18,938 nt of DNA from contig CAYVFQ010000006.1 of the NCBI GenBank assembly GCA_964451045.1, positions 1 through 18,938 of the forward strand, written 5' to 3'. Both the position numbers and the translations under genes were made by a program. This DNA is from an uncultured archaeon. GTDB taxonomy: Archaea > Aenigmatarchaeota > Aenigmatarchaeia > CG10238-14 > SCSR01. Shown one piece after another: positions 1-7,741 of the stretch (position 1 is its first letter; every line of letters begins with the position of its first letter). The notes below the pieces were generated by a model. That model worked only from the letters and a program-made list of their open reading frames with translations, had not been told where the DNA came from and did no database searches.

Positions 1-42
1 ACATTACCAGTGTAGTGCTCTAACTCACTGAGCTACTGAGGC
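1..42 (-). tRNA. Partial tRNA-Thr(GGT). Only the 5' part (acceptor strand, D-arm, anticodon stem-loop) lies in the window; the rest runs off the left edge.
   Basis: Reverse complement of 1-42 reads GCCTCAG-TA-GCTC-AGTGAGTTA-GAGC-A-CTACA-CTGGTAA-TGT. This gives a cloverleaf acceptor, D-arm and anticodon arm with anticodon GGT. The D-loop lacks the usual GG, so the call is tentative. Confidence 0.5.
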
Positions 43-84
43 GTTTCCTGTCAAAGATAAATTAGGAATGGAAGTGTTAAAAAT

Positions 85-801
85 TTATCCGACAACCGTG
101 CCCTTGTGCGTCCCTTCCATCGCGCGCAGTATCTCTATCGGGTCATTGCCGTCAACTATTATCATTTTTATGTCATTCCTCTCAATCACATCTATTCCTT
201 TCAGATCGAACAGCCTGTACTCGCCTGGCGTCTGCGGTATGCCGGACAGTATTTTTCGGAAATCTTCGTAGCTGAGAGCGTCAATCTTTTTTGCATTCGG
301 GTTCTTTTTCGGATCGCTCGTGTATACGCCATCGATATTCGTAGCGTTTATGATAAGTTTGGCGCCTACGGCCTCCGCATGCAATGTCGCATCGTAGTCA
401 GTGGAGCATCCGGGCTCCCAGCCGCTGCATACAATTACCTTCTTGCCTTTGGTCTCGTAGAAAATGTACCCTATGTCTTGCGGCGAAGATATGACATCCT
501 CGTGAACAATTCCCGCCTCGAGCTTGTTCAGGCATGCAACGAACAATTGAGCGTTAAGGCTCGTGGCGAGTATCCCGAGTCTGTCCAAAACCTCGGTATC
601 TTTTGTGAACTTCCTTCCTATATTCTGGAAAATCCTCGCAGGATCGCCGCCGCCGCACACAGCGACAACTTGGTTTCCGTCCCTCAATATCTTTCGCACA
701 ACTTCTGCATACCTCTTGAAGTTCTTTGTGTACGAGTCAGGATTCGAGATATCGGTCTCTTTTGTTAGCAGCGAGCCCCCGATTGATATCACAACTTTCA
801 C
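85..801 (-). CDS. pyrH: Uridylate (UMP) kinase, archaeal type
   Basis: 238 aa. N-terminus MKVVISIGGSLL (amino-acid-kinase Gly loop), VAVCGGG, and an overall match to archaeal PyrH. Confidence 0.9.
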   Translation of the reverse strand: MKVVISIGGSLLTKETDISNPDSYTKNFKRYAEVVRKILRDGNQVVAVCGGGDPARIFQNIGRKFTKDTEVLDRLGILATSLNAQLFVACLNKLEAGIVHEDVISSPQDIGYIFYETKGKKVIVCSGWEPGCSTDYDATLHAEAVGAKLIINATNIDGVYTSDPKKNPNAKKIDALSYEDFRKILSGIPQTPGEYRLFDLKGIDVIERNDIKMIIVDGNDPIEILRAMEGTHKGTVVG

Positions 802-899
802 GCAACCGCCAATTCTGAAGAGGTTTACTAAAGAAATATGTGTAGATGAGAATAAAAATTTTAAAAACGCATCCGATTAGATTCACTGGAGTTTTCAGC

Positions 900-1166
900 C
901 TAAGCGGACACCTTGTAGACGTTGTCGCCGTCGCGGACCCTTTCCTTCACTTTCATTCCGATGCTCTCGCCTTTTTTCGCCTTTTTCACGTCCTTGTGCT
1001 CTATCTGCATCGAGTCCACTTCTTGCTGGAAATTGGTCGTAGCGCCCTCTATGCTTATCATGTCCCCAACAGCCATCGGCGCCTCCAGCTTGATCACTGC
1101 AACCCCTATGTTGGTGAAGTAATGGCTGACCTTTCCTACAAGTTTTTTATCGCCTTCTTCTGCCAT
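900..1166 (-). CDS. Small beta-barrel protein resembling EF-Tu domain 2 (translation elongation factor-like protein)
   Basis: 88 aa. The pattern G.V....G.avgd.i.i.g....v.s.......v..a..G...G of EF-Tu/EF1A domain 2 is recognisable. Family assignment is from memory only. Confidence 0.5.
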   Translation of the reverse strand: MAEEGDKKLVGKVSHYFTNIGVAVIKLEAPMAVGDMISIEGATTNFQQEVDSMQIEHKDVKKAKKGESIGMKVKERVRDGDNVYKVSA

Positions 1167-1229
1167 AAATATCCATTAAGTTCTAGAGCTTAAAAACTTG
1201 AGCTTCGCAAAAAGACCGAAACGTATTTA

Positions 1230-1246
1230 TTATAACGGCGTTATAA
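1230..1246. promoter_or_regulatory. Perfect inverted repeat TTATAAC-GGC-GTTATAA in the divergent intergenic region between the 900-1166 gene and the oxidative-stress cluster. Either back-to-back TATA boxes or an operator.
   Basis: Read directly: 7-bp arms, 3-bp spacer, embedded in an AT-rich TATA-like context 75-90 bp upstream of the 1323 start codon. Confidence 0.3.
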
Positions 1247-1322
1247 TTTAGTTTAATTAATCGTAAAATTTAACGTTGGCTGACTCATATTTACATAGGC
1301 AGAAATTAGGAGGTAATGTGGT

Positions 1323-1601
1323 ATGATGAGTAAAATACCGGCAGACGCAAAGGTTGAAAATAAGGTCCTTGACAACGAGTTACTTCGGGTGGGGATAATA
1401 GCGGAACTTGACGCGATCAACCTTTACGAGCAGCTTGCGGCAGCAACAGACAACGAGGACATAAAGAAAGTTTTCCTGGACATCGCTAAAGAGGAAAAGA
1501 CCCATGTGGGAGAATTCAAGGCGCTGTTGCTGAAAATGGACAAGGAGCAAGTCGAAGAGATGGAAAAAGGAAAGAAAGAAGTTGAAGAGCTTCTTGAATG
1601 A
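1323..1601 (+). CDS. Ferritin-like / rubrerythrin-family half-domain protein (single diiron-ligand helix pair)
   Basis: 92 aa. ELDAINLYEQ...AKEEKTHVGEF supplies the E...ExxH ligand pattern of ferritin-like diiron proteins. GGAGG ribosome-binding site lies 9 nt upstream. Confidence 0.7.
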   Translation: MMSKIPADAKVENKVLDNELLRVGIIAELDAINLYEQLAAATDNEDIKKVFLDIAKEEKTHVGEFKALLLKMDKEQVEEMEKGKKEVEELLE

Positions 1602-1623
1602 TTTAAAAAAAGAGGTGAAAGGT

Positions 1624-1671
1624 ATGGAATGCAAATGCAAGAATTGTAACTGTTCTCCATGCGAATGCTGA
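1624..1671 (+). CDS. 15-codon cysteine-rich micro-ORF (MECKCKNCNCSPCEC). Putative metallothionein-like metal-binding micropeptide.
   Basis: ATG is preceded by GAGGTGAAAGGT (strong Shine-Dalgarno) at about 5 nt. 6 of 15 residues are Cys, in CxC/CxxC spacing. It is wedged with 15-22 nt gaps between the ferritin-like gene and rubrerythrin. It is not in the ORF track because it is under 60 aa. Confidence 0.45.
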   Translation: MECKCKNCNCSPCEC

Positions 1672-1686
1672 TATCAGGGTGAGAAT

Positions 1687-2268
1687 ATGGAGAAGACAAT
1701 AGAGAACCTTACTAAAGCGTTTATTGGAGAAAGCCAGGCACGCAACAGATACACGTTCTATGCGAGCGTCGCAAAAAAGGAAGGGTTTGAACAGATTGCG
1801 GAAATTTTTCTCATGACAGCAGCGAACGAGAAAGAGCACGCAAAAAGGCTTTTCGAGCACATAAGCGAACTGAAAAAGCAGCAGGGCGGAAAGATGGAAA
1901 TAAACGTCGAAGCGTCAGCGCCCGTTGTATACAGCACGACAGCAGAGAACCTGAAGGCTGCGGTTGAAGGGGAAAATTACGAGAGCGAGAAAATGTATCC
2001 CGAGTTCGCGGAAGTTGCAAAGCAGGAAGGGCTTCCCAGGATAGCCGCGAGGCTGAAGTCAATAGCTGTTGCAGAAAAGCACCACGAACAAAGATACAGG
2101 AACCTTCTGAAGGAAGTCGAGTCTGGGACTGTTTTCAAAAAGGAAGAGGAAGTGGAGTGGGTATGCCGCGAATGTGGATACGTTCATAAGGGGAAACAGG
2201 CACCGACAAAGTGTCCATCGTGCGACCACAGCCAATCGTTTTACCAGGTCAAATGCGAAAAGTACTGA
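1687..2268 (+). CDS. rbr: Rubrerythrin (diiron ferritin-like domain plus C-terminal rubredoxin-like CxxC...CxxC domain)
   Basis: 193 aa. Has the two E..ExxH motifs (EKEHAKRL, EKHHEQRY) and C-terminal CRECG...CPSCD. GGGTGAG ribosome-binding site upstream. Confidence 0.9.
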   Translation: MEKTIENLTKAFIGESQARNRYTFYASVAKKEGFEQIAEIFLMTAANEKEHAKRLFEHISELKKQQGGKMEINVEASAPVVYSTTAENLKAAVEGENYESEKMYPEFAEVAKQEGLPRIAARLKSIAVAEKHHEQRYRNLLKEVESGTVFKKEEEVEWVCRECGYVHKGKQAPTKCPSCDHSQSFYQVKCEKY

Positions 2269-2324
2269 CCTGACAGTAAATAGAATGTTCACAGATAGTC
2301 ATGAGTAGACAGTACAGTGGTTAA

Positions 2325-2876
2325 ATGTATATACCGATAATTTTAGGCACGGCCAGAGAAGGCAGGCAGTCTGAAAAGGTTGCAAAGTTCATTCTGGAGC
2401 AGACAAAGAAAGCAGGAGTGGAAAGTGATATAATAGATACGCGATCATTCAGAATAGAAGCTACAGACAACACGCAGAGTCAGCCGGAGGCAAAGGAGTA
2501 CGCAGAAAAGGTCGAAAAAGCGGACGGCCTGATAGTGGTGTCGCCAGAATACAATCACAGTTTTCCGGGCGAGCTCAAGATGATGCTTGACATGGCGTAC
2601 CGGCAGTACTTCAACAAACCTATAGGATTCTGCGGCGTGTCGGCCGGACCACTGGGAGGGGCAAGGGCAGTAGAGAATCTGAGGCTGGTTTCAGTTGAGC
2701 TGCATATGGTGCCGATAAGGGAAGCGCTTTATTTCCCTGTTGTGCAAGATCTTTTCGACGAGAACGGGAAGATAAATGATGACGCTTATTTAAGACGGTT
2801 CAAGAGGTTCCTGGACGAGCTTCTGTGGTACGCAGAAGCGTTGAAGCCTGCCAGGAAAAATAAAAAAGGTGATTAG
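2325..2876 (+). CDS. NADPH-dependent FMN reductase (flavodoxin-like fold NAD(P)H oxidoreductase)
   Basis: 183 aa. ILGTAREGRQSEKVAKF N-terminus and LIVVSPEYNHSFPGELK core are typical of the NADPH-dependent FMN reductase family. Confidence 0.85.
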   Translation: MYIPIILGTAREGRQSEKVAKFILEQTKKAGVESDIIDTRSFRIEATDNTQSQPEAKEYAEKVEKADGLIVVSPEYNHSFPGELKMMLDMAYRQYFNKPIGFCGVSAGPLGGARAVENLRLVSVELHMVPIREALYFPVVQDLFDENGKINDDAYLRRFKRFLDELLWYAEALKPARKNKKGD

Positions 2877-2880
2877 AACG

Positions 2881-3009
2881 ATGGGGATGTTCGGGACAGG
2901 CCTACTTAGCCTAGTCTATTGGGCACTGGTGAGTTTTGTCTTTTCACTGGTGTTCTGGTACACATACAAACTGGTAAATCCGAAGGATAGACCGAAAAAG
3001 AGGAGATGA
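2881..3009 (+). CDS. 42-aa single-pass membrane micro-protein (MGMFGTGLLSLVYWALVSFVFSLVFWYTYKLVNPKDRPKKRR)
   Basis: AGGTGA Shine-Dalgarno sits inside the end of the upstream gene, 9 nt before the ATG. The protein has a hydrophobic helix followed by a basic tail. Its stop overlaps the AGGAG ribosome-binding site of sod. Under 60 aa, so absent from the ORF track. Confidence 0.4.
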   Translation: MGMFGTGLLSLVYWALVSFVFSLVFWYTYKLVNPKDRPKKRR

Positions 3010-3012
3010 AAT

Positions 3013-3612
3013 ATGGAAAGATTTGAATTGCCAAAACTGGAATTTGACTACAATGCGCTGGAGCCGTACATATCCGAGCAGCAGCTGAGGATACACCACG
3101 AGAAGCACCACCAGGGATACGTGAACAACACGAACTCGATACTGGAAAAACTGGACCATGCAAGAAAGGGTGATGCGGACGTAGATATGAAAGCGATGCT
3201 GAAGGCGCTATCGTTCAATGCAGCCGGCCATTTGTTGCATTCGCTTTTCTGGAAGAACCTAGCGCCTGCAAAGGAGTGCAAGGGAAAGCCCGAGGGCGAA
3301 CTTGCGAAGATGATAGAAGGGAATTTCGGGAGCTTTGAGAGGTTCAAGAAAGAGTTCTCCCAGGCAGCCGTTTCAGTCGAGGGTTCTGGGTGGGCCGCTC
3401 TCGCTGTGTTCAAGGGCACTAACGAGCCGGTGATAATGCAGATAGAGAAGCATAATGCCAATATTGTCCCGTCGCTAAAGATACTGATGGTCATCGATGT
3501 GTGGGAGCACTCATATTATCTTGACTACAAGAACCAGCGTGCAAAGTTCGTGGAAGCTTTCTGGAACATCGTCAACTGGGATGAAGTCAACAGAAGGCTC
3601 GGGGCGAAATGA
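3013..3612 (+). CDS. sod: Fe/Mn superoxide dismutase
   Basis: 199 aa. Has [20 protein letters not shown] and the other canonical Fe/Mn-SOD metal-ligand motifs. Confidence 0.95.
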   Translation: MERFELPKLEFDYNALEPYISEQQLRIHHEKHHQGYVNNTNSILEKLDHARKGDADVDMKAMLKALSFNAAGHLLHSLFWKNLAPAKECKGKPEGELAKMIEGNFGSFERFKKEFSQAAVSVEGSGWAALAVFKGTNEPVIMQIEKHNANIVPSLKILMVIDVWEHSYYLDYKNQRAKFVEAFWNIVNWDEVNRRLGAK

Positions 3613-4097
3613 TGGATTTTGCAAAAAAACTTGAAGCATGCTCTGATTTCGCGTGCATATTCAAACTTGTGAAGTCTGCTGTAGAGTTCTCAATAGACAA
3701 AAGAAGAGTCGGGCTTATTCTTGGGCTGTCAAGCCTGCCGAACAACGTAGGCGCTATGCACCAGCTGGGCTCGAATTTCATAATCATGAACAAGAATCTG
3801 CTGGAGCGCGTGGCCGAATCGAACAGCAAGTGTCTGGTGAACGCATACGTTTTCCACATACTGCTTCACGAGTACATCCATTCTCTGGGATATGCGAACG
3901 AGCAGGATACCCAGATACTCACGCATGCGGTTTCCGAGAAAACATTGGGCTCGGACCATCCTGCAACGAAGATTGCCAGATACGGAATAGGTTCTGTGCT
4001 TTCAAGGGCTCCGGCTATGGTTTACCATGACCCGAAGGACAAAGGAATCGAGCTTGTCAAGGACTTTGAGGACGACAACCTGAACTACTTTGGGTAA
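3609..4097 (+). CDS. HExxH-motif protein, putative small zinc metallopeptidase. Translationally coupled to sod.
   Basis: 162 aa. [13 protein letters not shown] carries the HExxH zincin signature. The start overlaps the sod stop (ATGA). Confidence 0.55.
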   Translation: MMDFAKKLEACSDFACIFKLVKSAVEFSIDKRRVGLILGLSSLPNNVGAMHQLGSNFIIMNKNLLERVAESNSKCLVNAYVFHILLHEYIHSLGYANEQDTQILTHAVSEKTLGSDHPATKIARYGIGSVLSRAPAMVYHDPKDKGIELVKDFEDDNLNYFG

Positions 4098-4125
4098 AAA
4101 AGAAAAAAAAGAGAAACCCTCTAAG
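4098..4125 (-). terminator. Oligo-T tract (on the minus strand) immediately downstream of the DUF378 gene
   Basis: The plus strand is AAAAAAGAAAAAAAAGAGAAA, so the minus strand is a T-run. Archaeal terminators are typically oligo-T. Confidence 0.35.
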
Positions 4126-4129
4126 ATAA

Positions 4130-4330
4130 TTACGCTAGCTCTTCGTAAGCTACGTACAACGCTGAAAGGCCAACCAATACATATACGATCTGTGATAGTA
4201 TCGGCAATCCTAGCATTGTTGTAAAGAGAGTTTCCACTAAATCGAAAGAAACTGCACCGACTAAGCCCCAGTTTAGTCCACCGATTATGACCAAGGCTAA
4301 GGCGATCTTATGTAACATTTCATTTTTCAT
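4130..4330 (-). CDS. DUF378-family small membrane protein
   Basis: 66 aa with two TM helices and the characteristic GGLNWGLVG motif. Confidence 0.8.
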   Translation of the reverse strand: MKNEMLHKIALALVIIGGLNWGLVGAVSFDLVETLFTTMLGLPILSQIVYVLVGLSALYVAYEELA

Positions 4331-4451
4331 TTTATCAACCTTTTAGTCTTAAATTATATTCGATATTGAGATAAAAATCCTTTTCGATTTGTGGAAAACG
4401 AAGAAATATTAAACTTCATTGATGTAATAGAAATAAGTAGGTGGCAGAGAC

Positions 4452-5078
4452 ATGGAAACGCTTGTTGAAAAGGTCGAAGAGCTGAAGAACAGCGACGTGC
4501 GGATTGCTGTCGACAAAAGGATCGAAGAGTTCCGCGAACTTGGAAAGAAGTCAAGTGATGAAATTTTCAGGGAACTCTGCTTCTGCATCACCACCGCTAA
4601 TTTCAATGCCCAGCGAAGCATAGAGATGCAGAACAGCATAGGAAACGGCTATTACACTCTGACAGAGCAGGCGCTCGCTGCAAAGCTTAAGAGTATGGGC
4701 CACAGGTTTCCCGAAGCACGCGCTAAATATATAGTGGGAGCGAGGAAGCACAGAGATATGATGGAAGACAAGCTACAGAACGCTGAATCTGAGCGCGAGC
4801 TGCGCAAATGGATTGCGGAGAACGTAAAGGGTCTTGGGTACAAGGAGGCCAGCCATTTCCTACGCAACATCGGATTCATGAACTTGGCCATTATCGACTT
4901 TCATATCCTTGACCTGCTAGCCAGGCACAACCTTATCGAACGACCCAAGACATTGACGCCCAAGAAGTACCTAGAGATAGAGGACGTGCTGAGACGCGTT
5001 GCAGAAAGGACGAACCTGACGCTCGCTGAGTTGGACCTCTATCTCTGGTATATTGAAACGGGGAAGGTGCTGAAATGA
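4452..5078 (+). CDS. ogg: N-glycosylase/DNA lyase (archaeal Ogg2-type 8-oxoguanine DNA glycosylase, HhH-GPD)
   Basis: 208 aa. The HhH-GPD region LGYKEASHFLRNIGFMNLAIIDFHILD has the catalytic Lys and Asp. Length and layout match archaeal Ogg2 of about 207 aa. AGGTGG ribosome-binding site upstream. Confidence 0.8.
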   Translation: METLVEKVEELKNSDVRIAVDKRIEEFRELGKKSSDEIFRELCFCITTANFNAQRSIEMQNSIGNGYYTLTEQALAAKLKSMGHRFPEARAKYIVGARKHRDMMEDKLQNAESERELRKWIAENVKGLGYKEASHFLRNIGFMNLAIIDFHILDLLARHNLIERPKTLTPKKYLEIEDVLRRVAERTNLTLAELDLYLWYIETGKVLK

Positions 5079-6256
5079 CAACGACTAAGAAAGCCGACAA
5101 GGTAATTCTGGTAAGATATGGCGAGATCTGGCTCAAGTCAGACCCGGTCAAGCGCGTACATACAAAGCGGCTGAAAGCAAACATCAGTGGCGGGCTGAAA
5201 CGGGCAGGAATAAAACGTTTTCAGATAGCGAGAACGCGCGACAGGCTGATCATTCGCTTACCAAAAAGCAAGATAAGGAAGGCTTCTGACGTGATTAGAA
5301 ACACGTTCGGCATAGTTTCGTTCTCTGTTTGCGAGCATCTTGAAACATCAGAGGTAAAGGAAATACAGAGGTTCGTGAAAAATAACTACAGGGCATGGGT
5401 ACCCGCCAGGAAAAAGTTTGCCGTGCGCTGCAAGCGGAGCGGCTCTCATAAGTATACGAGCATGCAGATGGCAAAGCTTGTAGGCGACGTTGTTGACAGG
5501 AAGGTCGATCTTTCAGAGCCCGATGTGGAGATTTTCGTTGAAGTCCGCGGCAATGACACTTATTTCTACACTGATATTCAGAAAGGCCTTGGGGGGATGC
5601 CCGTAGGGACTGCCGGAAAAGTGGTGTGCCTGCTGTCAGGCGGGATCGACTCGCCTGTTGCTGCATGGCTGATGATGAAACGCGGCTGCGTTGTGAATTA
5701 CATACACTTCCACCCGTTTAGGGACAACCAGCAGGCAGCCAAGTCGAAGGTAAGCGAACTTGTCAGGCTTCTGTCAAATCACCAACCAAAAATGACTCTA
5801 TATATCGTTCCTGCATCGCCGTTCCAGCTCTACGCGTACGTGCCGCCGAAGCTTCAGCTCGTCATATTCAGAAGATTCATGATGAGGGTTGCCGAACGCA
5901 TAGCGAAAAAGGAGAGGGCAAAAGGCATTGTGACAGGGGACAACCTAGCGCAGGTAGCATCGCAAACCCTTGACAACCTGAACGCAACGGAAAGCAGCAC
6001 AAACATGCCAATATTCCGGCCGTTGTTGACATACGACAAACAGGAGATAGTCGACATGGGAAAGAAGATCGGAACATACCCAATTTCCGTGAAGCCCTAC
6101 AAAGACTGCTGCTCGATTGTTGCAAAGAAACCGTCTACAAGGGCCGATATCAGGACCGTTGAGAAGGTAGAAAAGGAAATTGACGTCGAGAAACTGGTCG
6201 ATATGGCAATGGACATGTCAGAGAGTGTGGAAATCTACGACAAAGGAAAATCTTGA
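5075..6256 (+). CDS. thiI: tRNA 4-thiouridine synthase / tRNA sulfurtransferase (THUMP plus PP-loop)
   Basis: 393 aa. PP-loop SGGIDSPVAAW, the N-terminal ferredoxin-like/THUMP region, and C-terminal CCS. The start overlaps the ogg stop (ATGA). Confidence 0.9.
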   Translation: MTTTKKADKVILVRYGEIWLKSDPVKRVHTKRLKANISGGLKRAGIKRFQIARTRDRLIIRLPKSKIRKASDVIRNTFGIVSFSVCEHLETSEVKEIQRFVKNNYRAWVPARKKFAVRCKRSGSHKYTSMQMAKLVGDVVDRKVDLSEPDVEIFVEVRGNDTYFYTDIQKGLGGMPVGTAGKVVCLLSGGIDSPVAAWLMMKRGCVVNYIHFHPFRDNQQAAKSKVSELVRLLSNHQPKMTLYIVPASPFQLYAYVPPKLQLVIFRRFMMRVAERIAKKERAKGIVTGDNLAQVASQTLDNLNATESSTNMPIFRPLLTYDKQEIVDMGKKIGTYPISVKPYKDCCSIVAKKPSTRADIRTVEKVEKEIDVEKLVDMAMDMSESVEIYDKGKS

Positions 6257-6305
6257 ACATCTTTTTCTTCCATGCACGATTTTCTATAAATAGGCAGCAA
6301 TATTT

Positions 6306-6698
6306 TTAAGGCTCCCGATTGAAGTTCCTTTCAACGTCTACTCCCATCTCTTCTTTTGCCTTTCTTATTACGTTACAAGGCATCTCAGAACACTCCCCAC
6401 AATTGTCTACTCTCTTTTTTTCTGCGCAGGCTCTGATGGCGCATTCAGGATATCCATCTCCTTCATGACAACCGTTGCAGTCCATGGACGCCAGCCATCT
6501 TAACCCCTTTTTCAAGTCATCGTAATTAAACGGTTCTTGCTTCGGCTCATGCTGTTGCCATCGGTCCAGCTCCGATTCTTCCATGTCTTTCAAAATCTGC
6601 TCAGCTTTCTCCTTTGCTTCCCCCTTTCCTTTAATGCATTTGCCACAGGAAATACCGCAAAAGGAAATCTCATTCCTATCCTTTACTGAGATGTTCAT
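6306..6698 (-). CDS. DUF3795-family cysteine-rich (zinc-binding) protein
   Basis: CGISCGKC...CNGCHEG...CAEKKRVDNCGEC..PC cysteine pattern. The ORF track starts at TTG 6710, abutting the tRNA. The ATG at 6698 (MNISV...) is the more likely start. Confidence 0.7.
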   Translation of the reverse strand: MNISVKDRNEISFCGISCGKCIKGKGEAKEKAEQILKDMEESELDRWQQHEPKQEPFNYDDLKKGLRWLASMDCNGCHEGDGYPECAIRACAEKKRVDNCGECSEMPCNVIRKAKEEMGVDVERNFNREP

Positions 6699-6710
6699 CA
6701 ACTCACTCAA

Positions 6711-6796
6711 TGCGGGAGGTGGGATTCGAACCCACGTAGGAACTAATCCACAGGAACCTCAATCCTGCCGAATTGACCAGACTATCGGACCCCCGC
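6711..6796 (-). tRNA. tRNA-Leu(GAG), type II with long variable arm. No encoded CCA.
   Basis: Reverse complement folds as GCGGGGG / D-arm / CAGGA-TTGAGGT-TCCTG (anticodon GAG) / variable stem-loop GGATTAGTTCC / GTGGG-TTCGAAT-CCCAC / CTCCCGC-A. Confidence 0.85.
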
Positions 6797-6925
6797 ATGC
6801 TTTGACAATTTTGATATTGTCGATGAGCATTATTTAAGCTTTGTATTTTATTAATCCACGACGCCGCATCGCAATTGTCTCGTCCTATGATTAAGTTTTT
6901 AATTGTTTCTACAGATTATAGTTTC

Positions 6926-7741
6926 ATGGAAAAACTTGTTCAGGTTATAAAATTTGGAGGATCTTCTCTTGCTTACGGTGAAGTAAAACCTCAGAGTATA
7001 GAAAACCTAATGGACAGCCCTGAACTGTACGTAAGAAATACTAGTGAACTAAGAAGATACGCTAAAGAACTGTCAGATGCTTGGAACTATCTTTCCAAAA
7101 ATAGAGATTATAGCTTGGTAATTTCACATGGTGTAAAACAATATGGTCATGATGCAGTCGGTTTTATCGGCATTGTGCCTGAGGTGAGAAAATATTGTAA
7201 ATTCTTTAGTGATATGATAGTAGAAAATTTTAGGGAAGAGGGGCTGCCTATAGAACAAATTGATGCTGCAAAAACATGCAAATGGAATGGAAAATTGAAA
7301 ATTTTTGAGGTTAGTAGGTATATCAGGGATGTCAGAAAAACACTTGATAGCGGAGCTATACCGGTTTCTTGGGGAACCGTTGTTGATAGCGTACCAACTG
7401 GATATGATATCATATCGGGTGATGATTGCGTTCTATATCCCGGGCTTCTGCTAAGAGCTGATGAGGCAATAATGTATATGGACGTTTCAGTATGTGATAA
7501 AAACCCTAAAATCCACAGAAATGCTAGAAAACTAGAAGTAGTGAAATCATGCAAAGATTTGAATATCGATATCGACAAACGAGACAAGACGGAAGGACTG
7601 ATTGGGAAAATCAAGAAATTGGAACTTCTGGGGATGAGTGGAACCAGATGCCAGATAGTTGACGCGACTAAAGAAGGAAATATTTACAATTCTCTGGTTG
7701 GGAAGCATGTCGGAACATTGATCGAACCGATTGAAATTTAG
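6926..7741 (+). CDS. Amino-acid-kinase-fold protein, isopentenyl-phosphate-kinase-like. Divergent, AT-rich gene.
   Basis: VIKFGGSSL Gly loop, ISHGVKQYGH (compare IPK VHGGGSFGH), DSGAIPVSWG, ISGDDCV...MYMDV, GTLI C-terminus. The ORF track extends to TTG 6875. The ATG at 6926 gives a canonical N-terminus for the fold. Confidence 0.55.
   Translation: MEKLVQVIKFGGSSLAYGEVKPQSIENLMDSPELYVRNTSELRRYAKELSDAWNYLSKNRDYSLVISHGVKQYGHDAVGFIGIVPEVRKYCKFFSDMIVENFREEGLPIEQIDAAKTCKWNGKLKIFEVSRYIRDVRKTLDSGAIPVSWGTVVDSVPTGYDIISGDDCVLYPGLLLRADEAIMYMDVSVCDKNPKIHRNARKLEVVKSCKDLNIDIDKRDKTEGLIGKIKKLELLGMSGTRCQIVDATKEGNIYNSLVGKHVGTLIEPIEI

Noticed and set aside
106-768. 220-aa ORF on the plus strand
   Set aside because: Antisense to the clearly real pyrH. 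Low-complexity, Arg- and Leu-rich translation.
3048-3494. 148-aa minus-strand ORF
   Set aside because: Antisense shadow of the superoxide dismutase gene.
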